Assembly: GCA_049510745.1 (NCBI GenBank)
Contig: JBEKYR010000048.1
Span: 1-37,228, forward strand
Reading direction: 5' to 3'
Source of the DNA: Verrucomicrobiota bacterium
Lineage (GTDB): Bacteria; Verrucomicrobiota; Verrucomicrobiia; Limisphaerales; Palsa-1400
DNA: 37,228 bases
The notes under the pieces: generated by a model
What the model saw: only the letters and a program-made list of their open reading frames with translations
The model's database searches: none
What the model was told of the DNA's origin: nothing
Shown here: piece after piece, positions 9,694-19,145 of the stretch
How the letters are laid out: each line of letters begins with the position of its first letter
Numbering within the stretch: position 1 is the first letter of the stretch
Program-made: the position numbers and the translations under genes

Positions 9694-9915
9694 ATGAAAA
9701 AGATGGATTTGGCGGAAGTGTTTCACAGCGACCCCGAGATCATGGGAGGCACGCCGGTGTTCACCGGCACGCGTGTGCCCGTGCAAAACCTCGTGGACTA
9801 CCTTGAGGGCGGCGAATCCATCGAGGACTTCCTGGCCGGATTCCCCACCGTCAAGCGCCAGCAGGTCATCGCCTTCATTGAAGCGGCCAAGGAGAAACTC
9901 CTGGTTTCCGCCTGA
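9694..9915 (+). CDS. Second DUF433 family antitoxin
   Basis: SDPEIMGGTPVFTGTRVPVQNLVDYLEGG...FPTV. Start may be GTG 9691. Confidence 0.9.
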   Translation: MKKMDLAEVFHSDPEIMGGTPVFTGTRVPVQNLVDYLEGGESIEDFLAGFPTVKRQQVIAFIEAAKEKLLVSA

Positions 9916-9916
9916 C

Positions 9917-10063
9917 GTGAACGTCTTGCTCGACGAGTGCCTGGACTGGCGGCTGGGGCGCGACCTGCCTGGCCACCACGTCAAAAGCGTTCAGGACATG
10001 GGGTGGGACGGAATCACTCGATTTCCCACAAGTTTCCCTCCGCGTCGAGATTGTCCGGGTTGA
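9917..10063 (+). pseudogene. Truncated DUF5615 PIN-like toxin
   Basis: MNVLLDECLDWRLGRDLPGHHVKSVQDMGWDGI matches the toxin N-terminus, then similarity ends at about 10015 and the frame closes after 48 aa. Confidence 0.8.
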
Positions 10064-10205
10064 TGCCCAGAAAGTCTCTGGCCTCGCGGACGGCTTTCTC
10101 GTAGCTCGCGCCGTCCAAACGCATGAAGTTCCTCTTGCCCAGCCGGTTGTCGTATTCCAGGCTGAAACCATCGTCCTCGCGATCCGATATGATGGCGATA
10201 TTCAT
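10014..10205 (-). CDS. Small acidic hypothetical protein (63 aa)
   Basis: ATGA overlap with the upstream Sel1 gene; protein-like composition and host-like codons. Confidence 0.65.
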   Translation of the reverse strand: MNIAIISDREDDGFSLEYDNRLGKRNFMRLDGASYEKAVREARDFLGINPDNLDAEGNLWEIE

Positions 10206-10756
10206 GGCCGGGCCGAGACGGGGTTGGCGCGGGCGGCAACGAACGCGGTCGCGCGTTCCTCGCCCTCGGCCACCTCGGCGCGCGTCAGGCCGAGAGAAAT
10301 GGTTTCAAAAGCGGCCCCTGAGTCCCGGTAGCCTTGCGCCGCCGCCAAACGGAACCATTTGTAAGCTTCGAGATTGGATTCACGCGCGTCTTTCGACAGC
10401 CCTTCGAAGCTGGCGCGGCGATGGCTCAACCCCAAACTGTGCTGGGCGCCGGCGTCCCCTTGCTGCGCCGCCCTTTGCGTCCACATCATTGCCTTGGCCT
10501 CATCGCGGTCCACGCCCTGGCCGCCGGCGAACATCACTCCGAGATTGAACTGGGCCAGGGCATGGTTCTGATCGGCCGCCCGGAGATACCAGTGGGCGGC
10601 CCGCGTGTAATCCAGCGCCGTTCCCTCGCCGTTGGCGAATCTCAACCCGAGGCTGAATTGCGCCTCCGCATTCCCGCCGTCGGCTTGGGCTTGCGTGCTT
10701 TTCAGTGAATGCTTTTGAGGGCGGCGAAACAGTCTCCGGTACCAAGGTGTATCCAT
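10202..10756 (-). CDS. Sel1-repeat (SLR) protein
   Basis: AQFSLGLRFANGEG...AAHWYLRAADQNHALAQFNLGVMFAGGQGV...AYKWFRLAAAQG; start MDTPW at 10756. Confidence 0.88.
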   Translation of the reverse strand: MDTPWYRRLFRRPQKHSLKSTQAQADGGNAEAQFSLGLRFANGEGTALDYTRAAHWYLRAADQNHALAQFNLGVMFAGGQGVDRDEAKAMMWTQRAAQQGDAGAQHSLGLSHRRASFEGLSKDARESNLEAYKWFRLAAAQGYRDSGAAFETISLGLTRAEVAEGEERATAFVAARANPVSARP

Positions 10757-10885
10757 GATTACAAGCATACGCCGTTTGGAAACAAACACAAGCGACGGTT
10801 TGGATATGCCTGCCACTTTTCTTGCGCATTCGCTTGCCTCTGGCGGGCGGGTGCGGTAAAAAATACGACGCACTCGAAAAACCTT

Positions 10886-13800
10886 ATGACACATAGCGTT
10901 TACAGGCGGATGGCCGGAGCGTTTGTTTTGGTGGTCGCGTGTGCAATGGCGACCACCGCCTCCAGCCAGACTGCGACTCCAGGCACCCAAGATACCGTCT
11001 TATTGACCCTTTCGGGAAAGGTCGATATTGCGCCCTCCGGCACAACTGTCTGGCTCCCCGGCCACACCAACCAGATGTTGAAGCTCGGCGACCGCATCCG
11101 CACCGGCAAAAGCAGCCGCGCCACCCTCAGACTTTCCAATTTGAGCATCTTGCGCGTCTATGAATTGACCACCCTGGAAATTCAACCGCCGCCAAAACCC
11201 GGCGCCAACGCCCTCCTCAACGTCGAGTCCGGCGCCGCCTATTTCTTCAACCGCGACCGTCCCCTGGACACCCAATTCCGCACCCCGTCGGCTTCGGGAG
11301 CCATTCGCGGCACCGAGTTTAATCTGGCGGTGGCAGACGACGGCACCATGAAGCTGGCCCTGCTGGACGGGCAAGTCGATTTGAACAACGGCCAAGGCTC
11401 CGTCCAGTTGAAAACCGGCGAGCAGGCAGTGGTCGAAAAAAACAAGGCGCCCCAAAAATCCCCGCTGCTCGACGCCGTCAACGTCATCCAGTGGACTTTG
11501 TATTATCCGGCGATTCTGGACGTGGACGAGCTGGATTTGGACGCCGGCGTCAAGCAGGCGCTGGCCGCTTCACTGGACGCTTACCGCGCCGGCGATTTGC
11601 TTTCGGCCCTGGCCCAATACCCGGAAGGCCGCGCGCCGGCCTCCGATTCCGAGCGGGTCTATCGGGCGGCGCTGCTTTTGGCGGCGGGACAAGTCGATGC
11701 GGCGCAAGACCTGTTGAGCCAGCCGACGCAAGGCAGCCGCGCCGCCGCCCTGGCCGGCGCTTTGAAGGAAATGATCGCCACCGTCAAAGGCCAGCCGTGG
11801 AGCCGCTCCGCCGAGCGCACCCTCGGGACGGAGTGGATGGCCGGTTCCTACGCGGCGCAAGCGCGCCACGACCTGGCGCCGGCCTTGAAGATGGCCAAAA
11901 GCGCCGCCGCCCTGTCGCCCAACAGCGGGTTTGCCCGGGAACGGGTGGCGGAAATGGAATTCAGTTTCGGGCACACCGCACCGGCGCTGGCCGCGTTGAA
12001 GACCAGCCTGGAACTCTCGCCCCGCAACGCCCAGGCGCTGGCCTTGAAGGGCTTTGCCTTGAGCGCCCAAAACAGAACGACTGAGGCGGCCAAATACTTC
12101 GAGCAAGCGATCAGTGCCGACGGGTCGCTGGCCAACGGCTGGCTCGGACGCGGCCTGGTGCGCATCAAGAACAACAACGTCAAAGAAGGGCGGCAGGATT
12201 TGGAGACGGCGGCGGCCCTGGAACCCAATCGCGCCTTTCTCCGCAGCTATTTGGGCAAAGCCTGGAGCCTGGACGAGCCTTTCCAATATACCTGGAACAC
12301 CCAACTGGCGGACAAGGAATTCGGCCTGGCCATGCGCCTGGACCCCAACGACCCCACCGCCTGGCTTTACTCCGCCCTGCTCAACGACCAGCGCAATCGC
12401 ATCAGCCAGGCCATCCGCGACCTGGAACATTCCGAGGATTTGAACGGCAACCGCGCCCTCTACCGCTCGAAATTCCTGCTCGACCAGGACCAGGCCGTGC
12501 GCAGCGCCAACCTGGCCCTTATTTATGAAGACGCCGGGTTCAGCGACGTCGCCACGCGCGAGGCCACCCGGTCCGTCGAGGACAATTACGCCAATTATTC
12601 CGCGCACCTTTTCCTGGCCGACAGCTACGACGCCCTGATTGATCCGAAAAAGAGCAACGTCCGCTACGAAACCCCCTGGGAAAACGAGTTGCTCTTGGCC
12701 AACCTGCTCTCCCCCATTAACGCCGGCGTGCTCTCCGGCAACATCTCGCAGCAGGAGTACTCCAGCATGTTTGAGGCGAACCGCGTCGGGGCCATTAACC
12801 AGACCGAATACTTCAGCCGCGGCGCCTGGCTGGAAAACGGGTCGCAGTTCGGCCTTTTTGGAGATTTCGCCTACTCGCTGGAAGGCTATTACTACACCGA
12901 TCCGGGATTTCGGCCCAACAACAACTTCGAGAACTACGATTATTCGATCAAAGTCAAAGAGCGGTTGACCGCCCAGGACTCCGTTTTTCTGCAAGTCGAG
13001 CAGACGCACCTGACCGCCGGCGACGTCAACCAGTATTACTTCAACAATCCCGCCCAACCCGGCAGCCCGGTCCAGACGCAATTGACCCAGTCTTCCAAGG
13101 AAGACCCGAACATCCTCGTCGGCTATCATCGCCAATGGAGTCCCGGCAATGACACCCTCATTCTTTATCGCAACGTCCAGGAACTCTATACGCTGGCCGA
13201 TCCGGTCTTCCCCATCACCTTTGACCAACAAATCGGCGCCATCAACAACCCCACCACCGCCTTCGTCCCGACCAGCTACCAGGACCAGACGGAATTGAAT
13301 TCGGTGGAAGCGCAGCACATTCTTCAAACGGACGCGCAACGGTTGATCCTCGGCGTCCGTTACCAGCGGGAAGGCGATCAAGTGGCCAACAGCCTGGTTC
13401 GCTCTCTGCCTTCGTTTCCCCCGCAACCGGCGCTGGACACAACTTTCTGGCGGAGCACCGCCTACGGCTACTACCAGTTGAAGCTCTTCGATACGCTGCG
13501 CTTGACTGCCGGAGGCACCTACGACGCGATGCGCTTCCCGGAGAACATCGCCAATCCCCCCATTTCCTCGCAGGAGGAGAGGCGCGAACGGCTCTCACCC
13601 AAGGCCGGCATCGATTGGACGCCGGACAACAATACGCGGGTGCGGGCGGCCTACACGCGCTCGATGGCGGGAATCTTCAACGCCAGCAGCACCCTCATTG
13701 AGCCGAGCGAGATCGCCGGTTTCAACCAGGCCTATCGCAGCCTGCTCCCGGAATCCACCGTCCCCGGCGCGGCCTTCGAGACTTGGGGGATCGGCATCGA

Positions 13801-14401
13801 CCACAAGTTTCCCACCCGCACCTACGTCAGCCTCGAAGCGGACCTGCTCAACTCGCGGGCCGATCAGCTTCTCGGCGTCCTGACCAATTCCTTCTTTGTC
13901 GGCATCCCGGATCAGTTTTCCAGCGAGAAACAAAACCTGGATTTCCGCGAGCGCGATTTTTCGGCCAACGTCAATCAACTGATTGGCAATGAGCTGTCCG
14001 TCGGCGTCGGATACCATTTGACCTCGGCCAATGTCTCATACGAGAACCAGTTGTTGAACGTCCCCGCCTCCGAAGTGAATGGTCGTTACAAGATCAGCAA
14101 CGAAGCCACGCTGAACCGGTTGGACCTGTTCGCCAACTACTACCTGCCCTGCGGTTTCTTCAGCCAGATCCAACTCGATTGGTGGAAGCAGGCCGACATG
14201 GGATTCTCCACCCCGGAACCGGGCGCCAACTTCTGGCAATTGAATCTCTTTGCCGGCTACCGTTTCCCGCGCCGCCACATGGAAGTCATGGTCGGCCTCC
14301 TCAACGCCACCGCCCAGAACTATCAACTGGACCCGCTGACCTACTACATCGACCCGGCCCACACGCGCACTTTGGAGGCGAGCTTTAAATTCAGCTTTTA
14401 A
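10886..14401 (+). CDS. FecR-domain / TPR / outer-membrane beta-barrel receptor
   Basis: Signal peptide, FecR motif (LGDRIRTG...TPSASGAIRGTEF...LLDGQV), multiple TPRs, beta-strand-rich C-terminus ending in Phe (ASFKFSF). Start may be 10910. Confidence 0.85.
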   Translation: MTHSVYRRMAGAFVLVVACAMATTASSQTATPGTQDTVLLTLSGKVDIAPSGTTVWLPGHTNQMLKLGDRIRTGKSSRATLRLSNLSILRVYELTTLEIQPPPKPGANALLNVESGAAYFFNRDRPLDTQFRTPSASGAIRGTEFNLAVADDGTMKLALLDGQVDLNNGQGSVQLKTGEQAVVEKNKAPQKSPLLDAVNVIQWTLYYPAILDVDELDLDAGVKQALAASLDAYRAGDLLSALAQYPEGRAPASDSERVYRAALLLAAGQVDAAQDLLSQPTQGSRAAALAGALKEMIATVKGQPWSRSAERTLGTEWMAGSYAAQARHDLAPALKMAKSAAALSPNSGFARERVAEMEFSFGHTAPALAALKTSLELSPRNAQALALKGFALSAQNRTTEAAKYFEQAISADGSLANGWLGRGLVRIKNNNVKEGRQDLETAAALEPNRAFLRSYLGKAWSLDEPFQYTWNTQLADKEFGLAMRLDPNDPTAWLYSALLNDQRNRISQAIRDLEHSEDLNGNRALYRSKFLLDQDQAVRSANLALIYEDAGFSDVATREATRSVEDNYANYSAHLFLADSYDALIDPKKSNVRYETPWENELLLANLLSPINAGVLSGNISQQEYSSMFEANRVGAINQTEYFSRGAWLENGSQFGLFGDFAYSLEGYYYTDPGFRPNNNFENYDYSIKVKERLTAQDSVFLQVEQTHLTAGDVNQYYFNNPAQPGSPVQTQLTQSSKEDPNILVGYHRQWSPGNDTLILYRNVQELYTLADPVFPITFDQQIGAINNPTTAFVPTSYQDQTELNSVEAQHILQTDAQRLILGVRYQREGDQVANSLVRSLPSFPPQPALDTTFWRSTAYGYYQLKLFDTLRLTAGGTYDAMRFPENIANPPISSQEERRERLSPKAGIDWTPDNNTRVRAAYTRSMAGIFNASSTLIEPSEIAGFNQAYRSLLPESTVPGAAFETWGIGIDHKFPTRTYVSLEADLLNSRADQLLGVLTNSFFVGIPDQFSSEKQNLDFRERDFSANVNQLIGNELSVGVGYHLTSANVSYENQLLNVPASEVNGRYKISNEATLNRLDLFANYYLPCGFFSQIQLDWWKQADMGFSTPEPGANFWQLNLFAGYRFPRRHMEVMVGLLNATAQNYQLDPLTYYIDPAHTRTLEASFKFSF

Positions 14402-14410
14402 CGCGCCCTC

Positions 14411-16456
14411 ATGAGCAAGCCCGCCAGAGAACGCCTCTCCCTTGCGCGCCGGCTCAAGAGCAAATGGACCGGGCCGGTCGTCGGCACGATCCTCACCGTG
14501 GCCATCGGCCTGTTGCTGCTGAAATCGGCTTTCGGCCAAAAGCTCATTTTCATGAGCTACGACCTTCCGTTTATCTTTCGGCCGACCATCTATCCCCAGG
14601 ACGTCGTGCTCGTTTATTTGGACGACACCAGCTACAAGGCGCTCGATCAGTCAGAGACCGTTCCGTTGGATCGCCGTTTTCAGGCCAAATTGATCCGCCG
14701 CATGACCAGGGAACGGGCCAAGGCCGTGGTTTTCGACATAGTTTTCAGTGACCCCAGCCCGGACACCAACATCGACAATGAATTCATTCAGGCCGTCAAG
14801 GAAAATGGCCGGGTCATCCTCTCCGCCGACAAGGTCCCACCCACCCAAAACGCACCCGGCATCTCGGGCGTTTCACAGTTTGTCCCTCCTTTTGATGCGT
14901 TGGGGGAGGTCGCCGCCGCCGTTGGCTCGGATCAAATGCCGGTGGACGACGATCTGATGTGCCGCCAGCACCTGCCTGTGATGAAGGATGATGCCTACAA
15001 AAGCGTCAGTTGGACGACGGCAAGTTTTTTGGGGGTTCCAATCACAAAAGATGAAAGTCAATGGTATCATCCCCGCTGGTTCAATTATTACGGCCCGGAC
15101 AAGGGAATTCCCTTCCTCAGCTACTACCAGGCGCTGGAAGTTGACGCGAACTTTCCCGAGGGTTACTTCAGCAACAAAGTCGTTTTCGTGGGCGCCCGGA
15201 CTCTGACCAAGAATTTCGGCGAGCGAAAAGACGAATATCCGGCGCCTTTTCCAAACCAGAACCTGGAGAATAAATTCATGCCCGGAGTGGAGATTCACGC
15301 CACGGCCTTCCTCAACTTGTTGCGCGGCGACTGGCTCAATCGGTTCTCCCCGTCCGCCGAACGATATGACATTGTCCTGTTGGGCCTCCTCATTGGCGCC
15401 GGATTGGCTCTGCTCCGTCCTTTCGCGGCAGTCCGAATGGCGGTCTTCTCTGTGGTCGCCGTCGCGTTGGTCGATTACATCCTCTTTCTTTATTTCCATT
15501 ATTGGTTTCCGTGGCTGATCGTGGCGCTGGCGCAGATTCCCGTCGCGGCCGTCTGGTCCGTTTCGTTCAACACCGTCCAGCTTTACGTCGAAAAGCAGAA
15601 AATCGAGCAATCGCTCTCCCTCTATTTGTCGCCCAAGCTCGTCAAGAAATTCGCCAAAGACCCCACCCTCCTCAAGCCGGGCGCGGAAAAGCAAATGTTG
15701 ACCATCCTCTTCAGCGACATCGCCGGCTTCACCAGCATCTCCGAGGGCATGGACCCCGACGAATTGGCGCGCCTGATGAACGCCTATTTCCAGAGCGCCG
15801 TCAGCCACTGCATTTTCGAAACCGACGGCACAGTTGTCAAGTATATTGGCGATGCCATCTTCGCCTTCTGGAACGCCCCCGAACCGCAGGGCGACCACGC
15901 CTTCCTCGCCTGTGACGCCGCCCTGCGCTTTCGCGCCCTTCCCGCCCAGATAGCCAACGGCCGCGAGTTGGTCACCCGCATCGGCCTGCATACCGGCGTG
16001 GCCAACGTCGGCAATTTCGGCAGCGACAGGCGCGTCGATTACACCGCCATTGGCGAAAACATCAACCTCGCCTCGCGCATGGAGGGCCTCAACAAGTACC
16101 TGGGCACCAGCGTGCTCATCACCGCCGACACCCAGCGGGAAGTCGGCCCGCGCCTCATCACCCGCTTCCTGGGCCTCTATCGGCTCAAGGGCTTTGAGAG
16201 GGCCATCGGCGTTTATGAACTTGTCGCCCGCCCGGACCAGGAGGCCGAGTCGCGCCCGTTGCGGGACAGCTTTGCCCTCGCCCTGGATCAGTTCACAAAA
16301 AAGGATTTTGCCGCCGCCGAAGCCTCCTTCCGCCGCGTCCTGGACATCAACGGCGGGGACGGCCCGTCGAAGTTTTACCTCGAACAAATCACCGAACTGC
16401 GCGCCGCCGAGCTGCCCCCCGATTGGAAAGGCGAGATCACGCTCAAGGACAAATAG
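14411..16456 (+). CDS. CHASE2-domain class III adenylate cyclase with C-terminal TPR
   Basis: CHASE2 (VVFDIVFSD...KVVFVG...MPGVEIHA), 3 TM helices, cyclase motifs FSDIAGFTSISE, VKYIGDAI, YTAIGENINLASRMEGLNK. Confidence 0.92.
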   Translation: MSKPARERLSLARRLKSKWTGPVVGTILTVAIGLLLLKSAFGQKLIFMSYDLPFIFRPTIYPQDVVLVYLDDTSYKALDQSETVPLDRRFQAKLIRRMTRERAKAVVFDIVFSDPSPDTNIDNEFIQAVKENGRVILSADKVPPTQNAPGISGVSQFVPPFDALGEVAAAVGSDQMPVDDDLMCRQHLPVMKDDAYKSVSWTTASFLGVPITKDESQWYHPRWFNYYGPDKGIPFLSYYQALEVDANFPEGYFSNKVVFVGARTLTKNFGERKDEYPAPFPNQNLENKFMPGVEIHATAFLNLLRGDWLNRFSPSAERYDIVLLGLLIGAGLALLRPFAAVRMAVFSVVAVALVDYILFLYFHYWFPWLIVALAQIPVAAVWSVSFNTVQLYVEKQKIEQSLSLYLSPKLVKKFAKDPTLLKPGAEKQMLTILFSDIAGFTSISEGMDPDELARLMNAYFQSAVSHCIFETDGTVVKYIGDAIFAFWNAPEPQGDHAFLACDAALRFRALPAQIANGRELVTRIGLHTGVANVGNFGSDRRVDYTAIGENINLASRMEGLNKYLGTSVLITADTQREVGPRLITRFLGLYRLKGFERAIGVYELVARPDQEAESRPLRDSFALALDQFTKKDFAAAEASFRRVLDINGGDGPSKFYLEQITELRAAELPPDWKGEITLKDK

Positions 16457-16473
16457 GGCCGCGCAAGCGTCCG

Positions 16474-17019
16474 TTAAAACACGGTCAAACCCAGGACTGC
16501 CACGAACACTCCAAACGCGCAGCGCACCGCGCTGCCCAAAAGCAGCCGCTTTTCATTGGCCGTTTGCCAATAGATCAGGTCGCGCAGGCGCCACGGCGAA
16601 ACGGTGAACCACAAGGCCGCCATGACCAGCCCATACGCCCAGACCGCGATGACCAGCCGCCACGGGCTGCCCGTCCAGCGCTCGGTATCGACCATCAGTT
16701 TCGCCAGCAGCAGCAGCAGCACCGAAAGCCCCCGCACCGCCAGAAAATCCTGCACAAAAAAGCACGTTCCCAGCCCCACGCCAACGAACAGGGTGAAAAG
16801 AAACGGCTTGAGCGATTCAAAATCCGCCAGCGATTCGTGGCTCACATTCCACATGAACCACGCCGTCCCGCCCAGCGTCAACACACAGCCGATGGGGATG
16901 GAGCGGGGAAATTGACGCGCCGCCGCCGCAAACCGGGCCGGCTGGAGCAATGCGAACAAATTCACGCCGGCGACCAGCGCTCCCAGGCAGATCGACAACG
17001 TTGACAGCTTAATGGCCAT
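16474..17019 (-). CDS. Hypothetical multi-pass membrane protein
   Basis: About 6 hydrophobic helices, host-like codon usage; start MAIKLST at 17019. Confidence 0.75.
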   Translation of the reverse strand: MAIKLSTLSICLGALVAGVNLFALLQPARFAAAARQFPRSIPIGCVLTLGGTAWFMWNVSHESLADFESLKPFLFTLFVGVGLGTCFFVQDFLAVRGLSVLLLLLAKLMVDTERWTGSPWRLVIAVWAYGLVMAALWFTVSPWRLRDLIYWQTANEKRLLLGSAVRCAFGVFVAVLGLTVF

Positions 17020-17127
17020 TATTGCCCGCAAAAGGAACACGAAATCCCCCGCCCATGCAACAAGGAAATACCGCTGGGGTGCGATCACGCCGCGGAACGG
17101 AATCCCCCGCGCCCTTATTTAACGCGT

Positions 17128-17166
17128 GTGGCCGGGGCGCGGGAAAACTCCCGCGCACCCGGCCAC
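17128..17166 (-). terminator. Strong GC-rich hairpin after the VPDSG-CTERM gene (terminator or REP-like)
   Basis: GTGGCCGGG-GCGCGGGA-aaac-TCCCGCGC-a-CCCGGCCAC; no immediate U-tract. Confidence 0.5.
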
Positions 17167-17193
17167 TGAAAGCGCACATCCGGAGCGCGACCT

Positions 17194-17766
17194 CTAGCGC
17201 CGAGCCGTCGCCGACTGGCGGCTCCGGCTGGAATACCCAATCCCAAACAGCCCGGCCACGGCCAAACCGACCAACAATGCCGTCGAAACGGAATCAGGAA
17301 TAGCGTTCCAACTCCCCGCCGGGGATGTCAGGCCGCCAATCGTGATTGGGTCTGGCGTCAGTGACCATGAGTATAGGGTGCCCCCCAAGGTCACCTCCCC
17401 GGTCAAATCAATGGACGTGATCCGACTTGGATTCCACGTGAATGGAACCCCATTCAATGCCAAGTCAGTGCTTTGATCCAAATTGAAAGACCCATAAGGT
17501 GTTTGCAGCCAGGATTCGGCCTGATTAATATCGTTTAAAGACCCGCCGCCTGCGAACGCGGACAAGGGTGAAACGCCTGACGGCAACGCGGTAAATGAAT
17601 AGCCTGACGGTGACGAGGAAGAGTCCAGGAACAGTTCGCCCCCCCAATCGCTCGAAGGGGAAGAGGGCGTAAACACATACGGGTATTCAGTCTGGGCGAT
17701 CGTGACCGCACTACACACCACGGCAAGCGCCATGCAAGCGCAACTTGAGAAGATCAATTTTTTCAT
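17194..17766 (-). CDS. VPDSG-CTERM / PEP-CTERM-type exosortase-targeted surface protein
   Basis: Signal peptide MKKLIFSS..., Ser/Gly/Thr-rich body, C-terminal IPDSVST + TM helix + basic tail. Confidence 0.82.
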   Translation of the reverse strand: MKKLIFSSCACMALAVVCSAVTIAQTEYPYVFTPSSPSSDWGGELFLDSSSSPSGYSFTALPSGVSPLSAFAGGGSLNDINQAESWLQTPYGSFNLDQSTDLALNGVPFTWNPSRITSIDLTGEVTLGGTLYSWSLTPDPITIGGLTSPAGSWNAIPDSVSTALLVGLAVAGLFGIGYSSRSRQSATARR

Positions 17767-18333
17767 ATCAGTCCTATTATTCGGTGCCCATTGCGGGCAC
17801 ACTACGTCTCTGCCCTTTTGCAAGCTAAATCCGCGCCAAACCACCTCCATCACTTACAAAACAATTGCAAGTAATTAGTATTCAACAGAATTCACATGCT
17901 CTTTCTTTGCGCCGCTTGTGCTGATCAAGGCCAACAGAGTAAAGAAAGCCGACGTTTTGGTGCGCACAGAGCCTTGTCAAACAACACGATGATGGATGAA
18001 TCATTTTGATGCTAAACGTATTATACAAACACGGAGCCTTCAAACCATCAAACTGTAACGAGTTCCGACACAATTCCAGTTTTCGATCAGTCCTGCGACA
18101 AAATCGTTTCCGACCGCGACACTTCCAACGGTCCCGGCCAGAGCGTCCAGACATCGTCGCTCGGATGGTGGTTCCGATTGTGGATGATCTGTTTCATACT
18201 TGGGCGCATGATACCTCCTGCCATGAGGCAATGTCAACCTCAATCTGTAAGGTATCACAAAACCTGATCGTCATTGTAATCTCCTTCGTGCCACCGGCCG
18301 CTTTGAACTCCCCCGTTATCCGGGCGAAGGAGG

Positions 18334-18364
18334 TTTGAACCTTGAACCTTGAACTTTGAACCTT
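18334..18364 (+). repeat. Heptamer tandem repeat (TTGAACY)x4
   Basis: tttgaaccttgaaccttgaactttgaacctt directly upstream of folA. Confidence 0.8.
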
Positions 18365-18379
18365 AAGCTTCCCGCAAAC

Positions 18380-18853
18380 ATGAAAGCCATCGCCGCCATG
18401 AGTCAAAACCGCGTCATCGGCCGGGACGGAAAGATTCCGTGGCATCTGCCGGAGGACTTCAGGTGGTTCAAAAAAATGACCGCCGGCCACGTCCTTGTCA
18501 TGGGCCGCAAGACCTTCGAGTCCATCGGCAAACCCCTGCCCAACCGCGCCACCCTGGTCCTGAGCCGCGGCGATTTCTCCCCGCCGGGCGCGCGCCGGAT
18601 TTCGGACCTGGCGGAACTGGACCGCCTGCCGCCGGACCTGGCGGGGCGCGAGGTGTTCATCTGCGGCGGCGCGCAAATTTACGCGCAAGCCCTGCCGCGC
18701 TGCTCCGATCTTTACTTGACGCTGGTCAAGCGCGTCGTGGACGGCGACACTTTTTTCCCGCCGTTCGAGCGCCAGTTCGCGCTGGCGGAAGAAATTCTTG
18801 ACTGCGCCGAGTTCTCCATCCTGCGCTACCGCAACCAGTCGCTGCCGGATTAG
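18380..18853 (+). CDS. folA: Dihydrofolate reductase
   Basis: IAAMSQNRVIG...IPWHLPEDFRWFK...MGRKTFESIGKPLPNR...ICGGAQIY...GDTFFP. Confidence 0.96.
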   Translation: MKAIAAMSQNRVIGRDGKIPWHLPEDFRWFKKMTAGHVLVMGRKTFESIGKPLPNRATLVLSRGDFSPPGARRISDLAELDRLPPDLAGREVFICGGAQIYAQALPRCSDLYLTLVKRVVDGDTFFPPFERQFALAEEILDCAEFSILRYRNQSLPD

Positions 18854-18919
18854 GGCGCATCTCACGCTTGTGGACACCCGCCAGGGTTGCGGGAGGCCGC
18901 GCCTCGATCCAGGGGGGAA

Positions 18920-19028
18920 AATGACGAATGAATGCTCAAATGACTCAATGACGAAAAGCCGGCCCGCGTGAATTTCGTCATTGGGGCTTCGTCATTCTTT
19001 CGTGATTCGAGCTTAGACATTCGTCATT
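18920..19028. repeat. Nested inverted-repeat element built from AATGACGAA units (REP/MITE-like)
   Basis: Outer AATGACGAATG 18920-18930 / CATTCGTCATT 19018-19028; inner CAATGACGAAA 18946-18956 / TTTCGTCATTG 18973-18983. Confidence 0.8.
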
Positions 19029-19145
19029 CTTGCGGGCCTGACTGCGGCCAGCCCTAATCTCTCATTGTCAATAGGGTTGCCAAAACCGGGATGTGCCGCC
19101 AACCCCTCCTTGACAACCGGCCATTCCTCCCCACCATCAAGCGAT

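Noticed and set aside
18006..18338. 110-aa plus-strand ORF upstream of folA
   Set aside because: TTG start, atypical codon usage and no recognisable domain.
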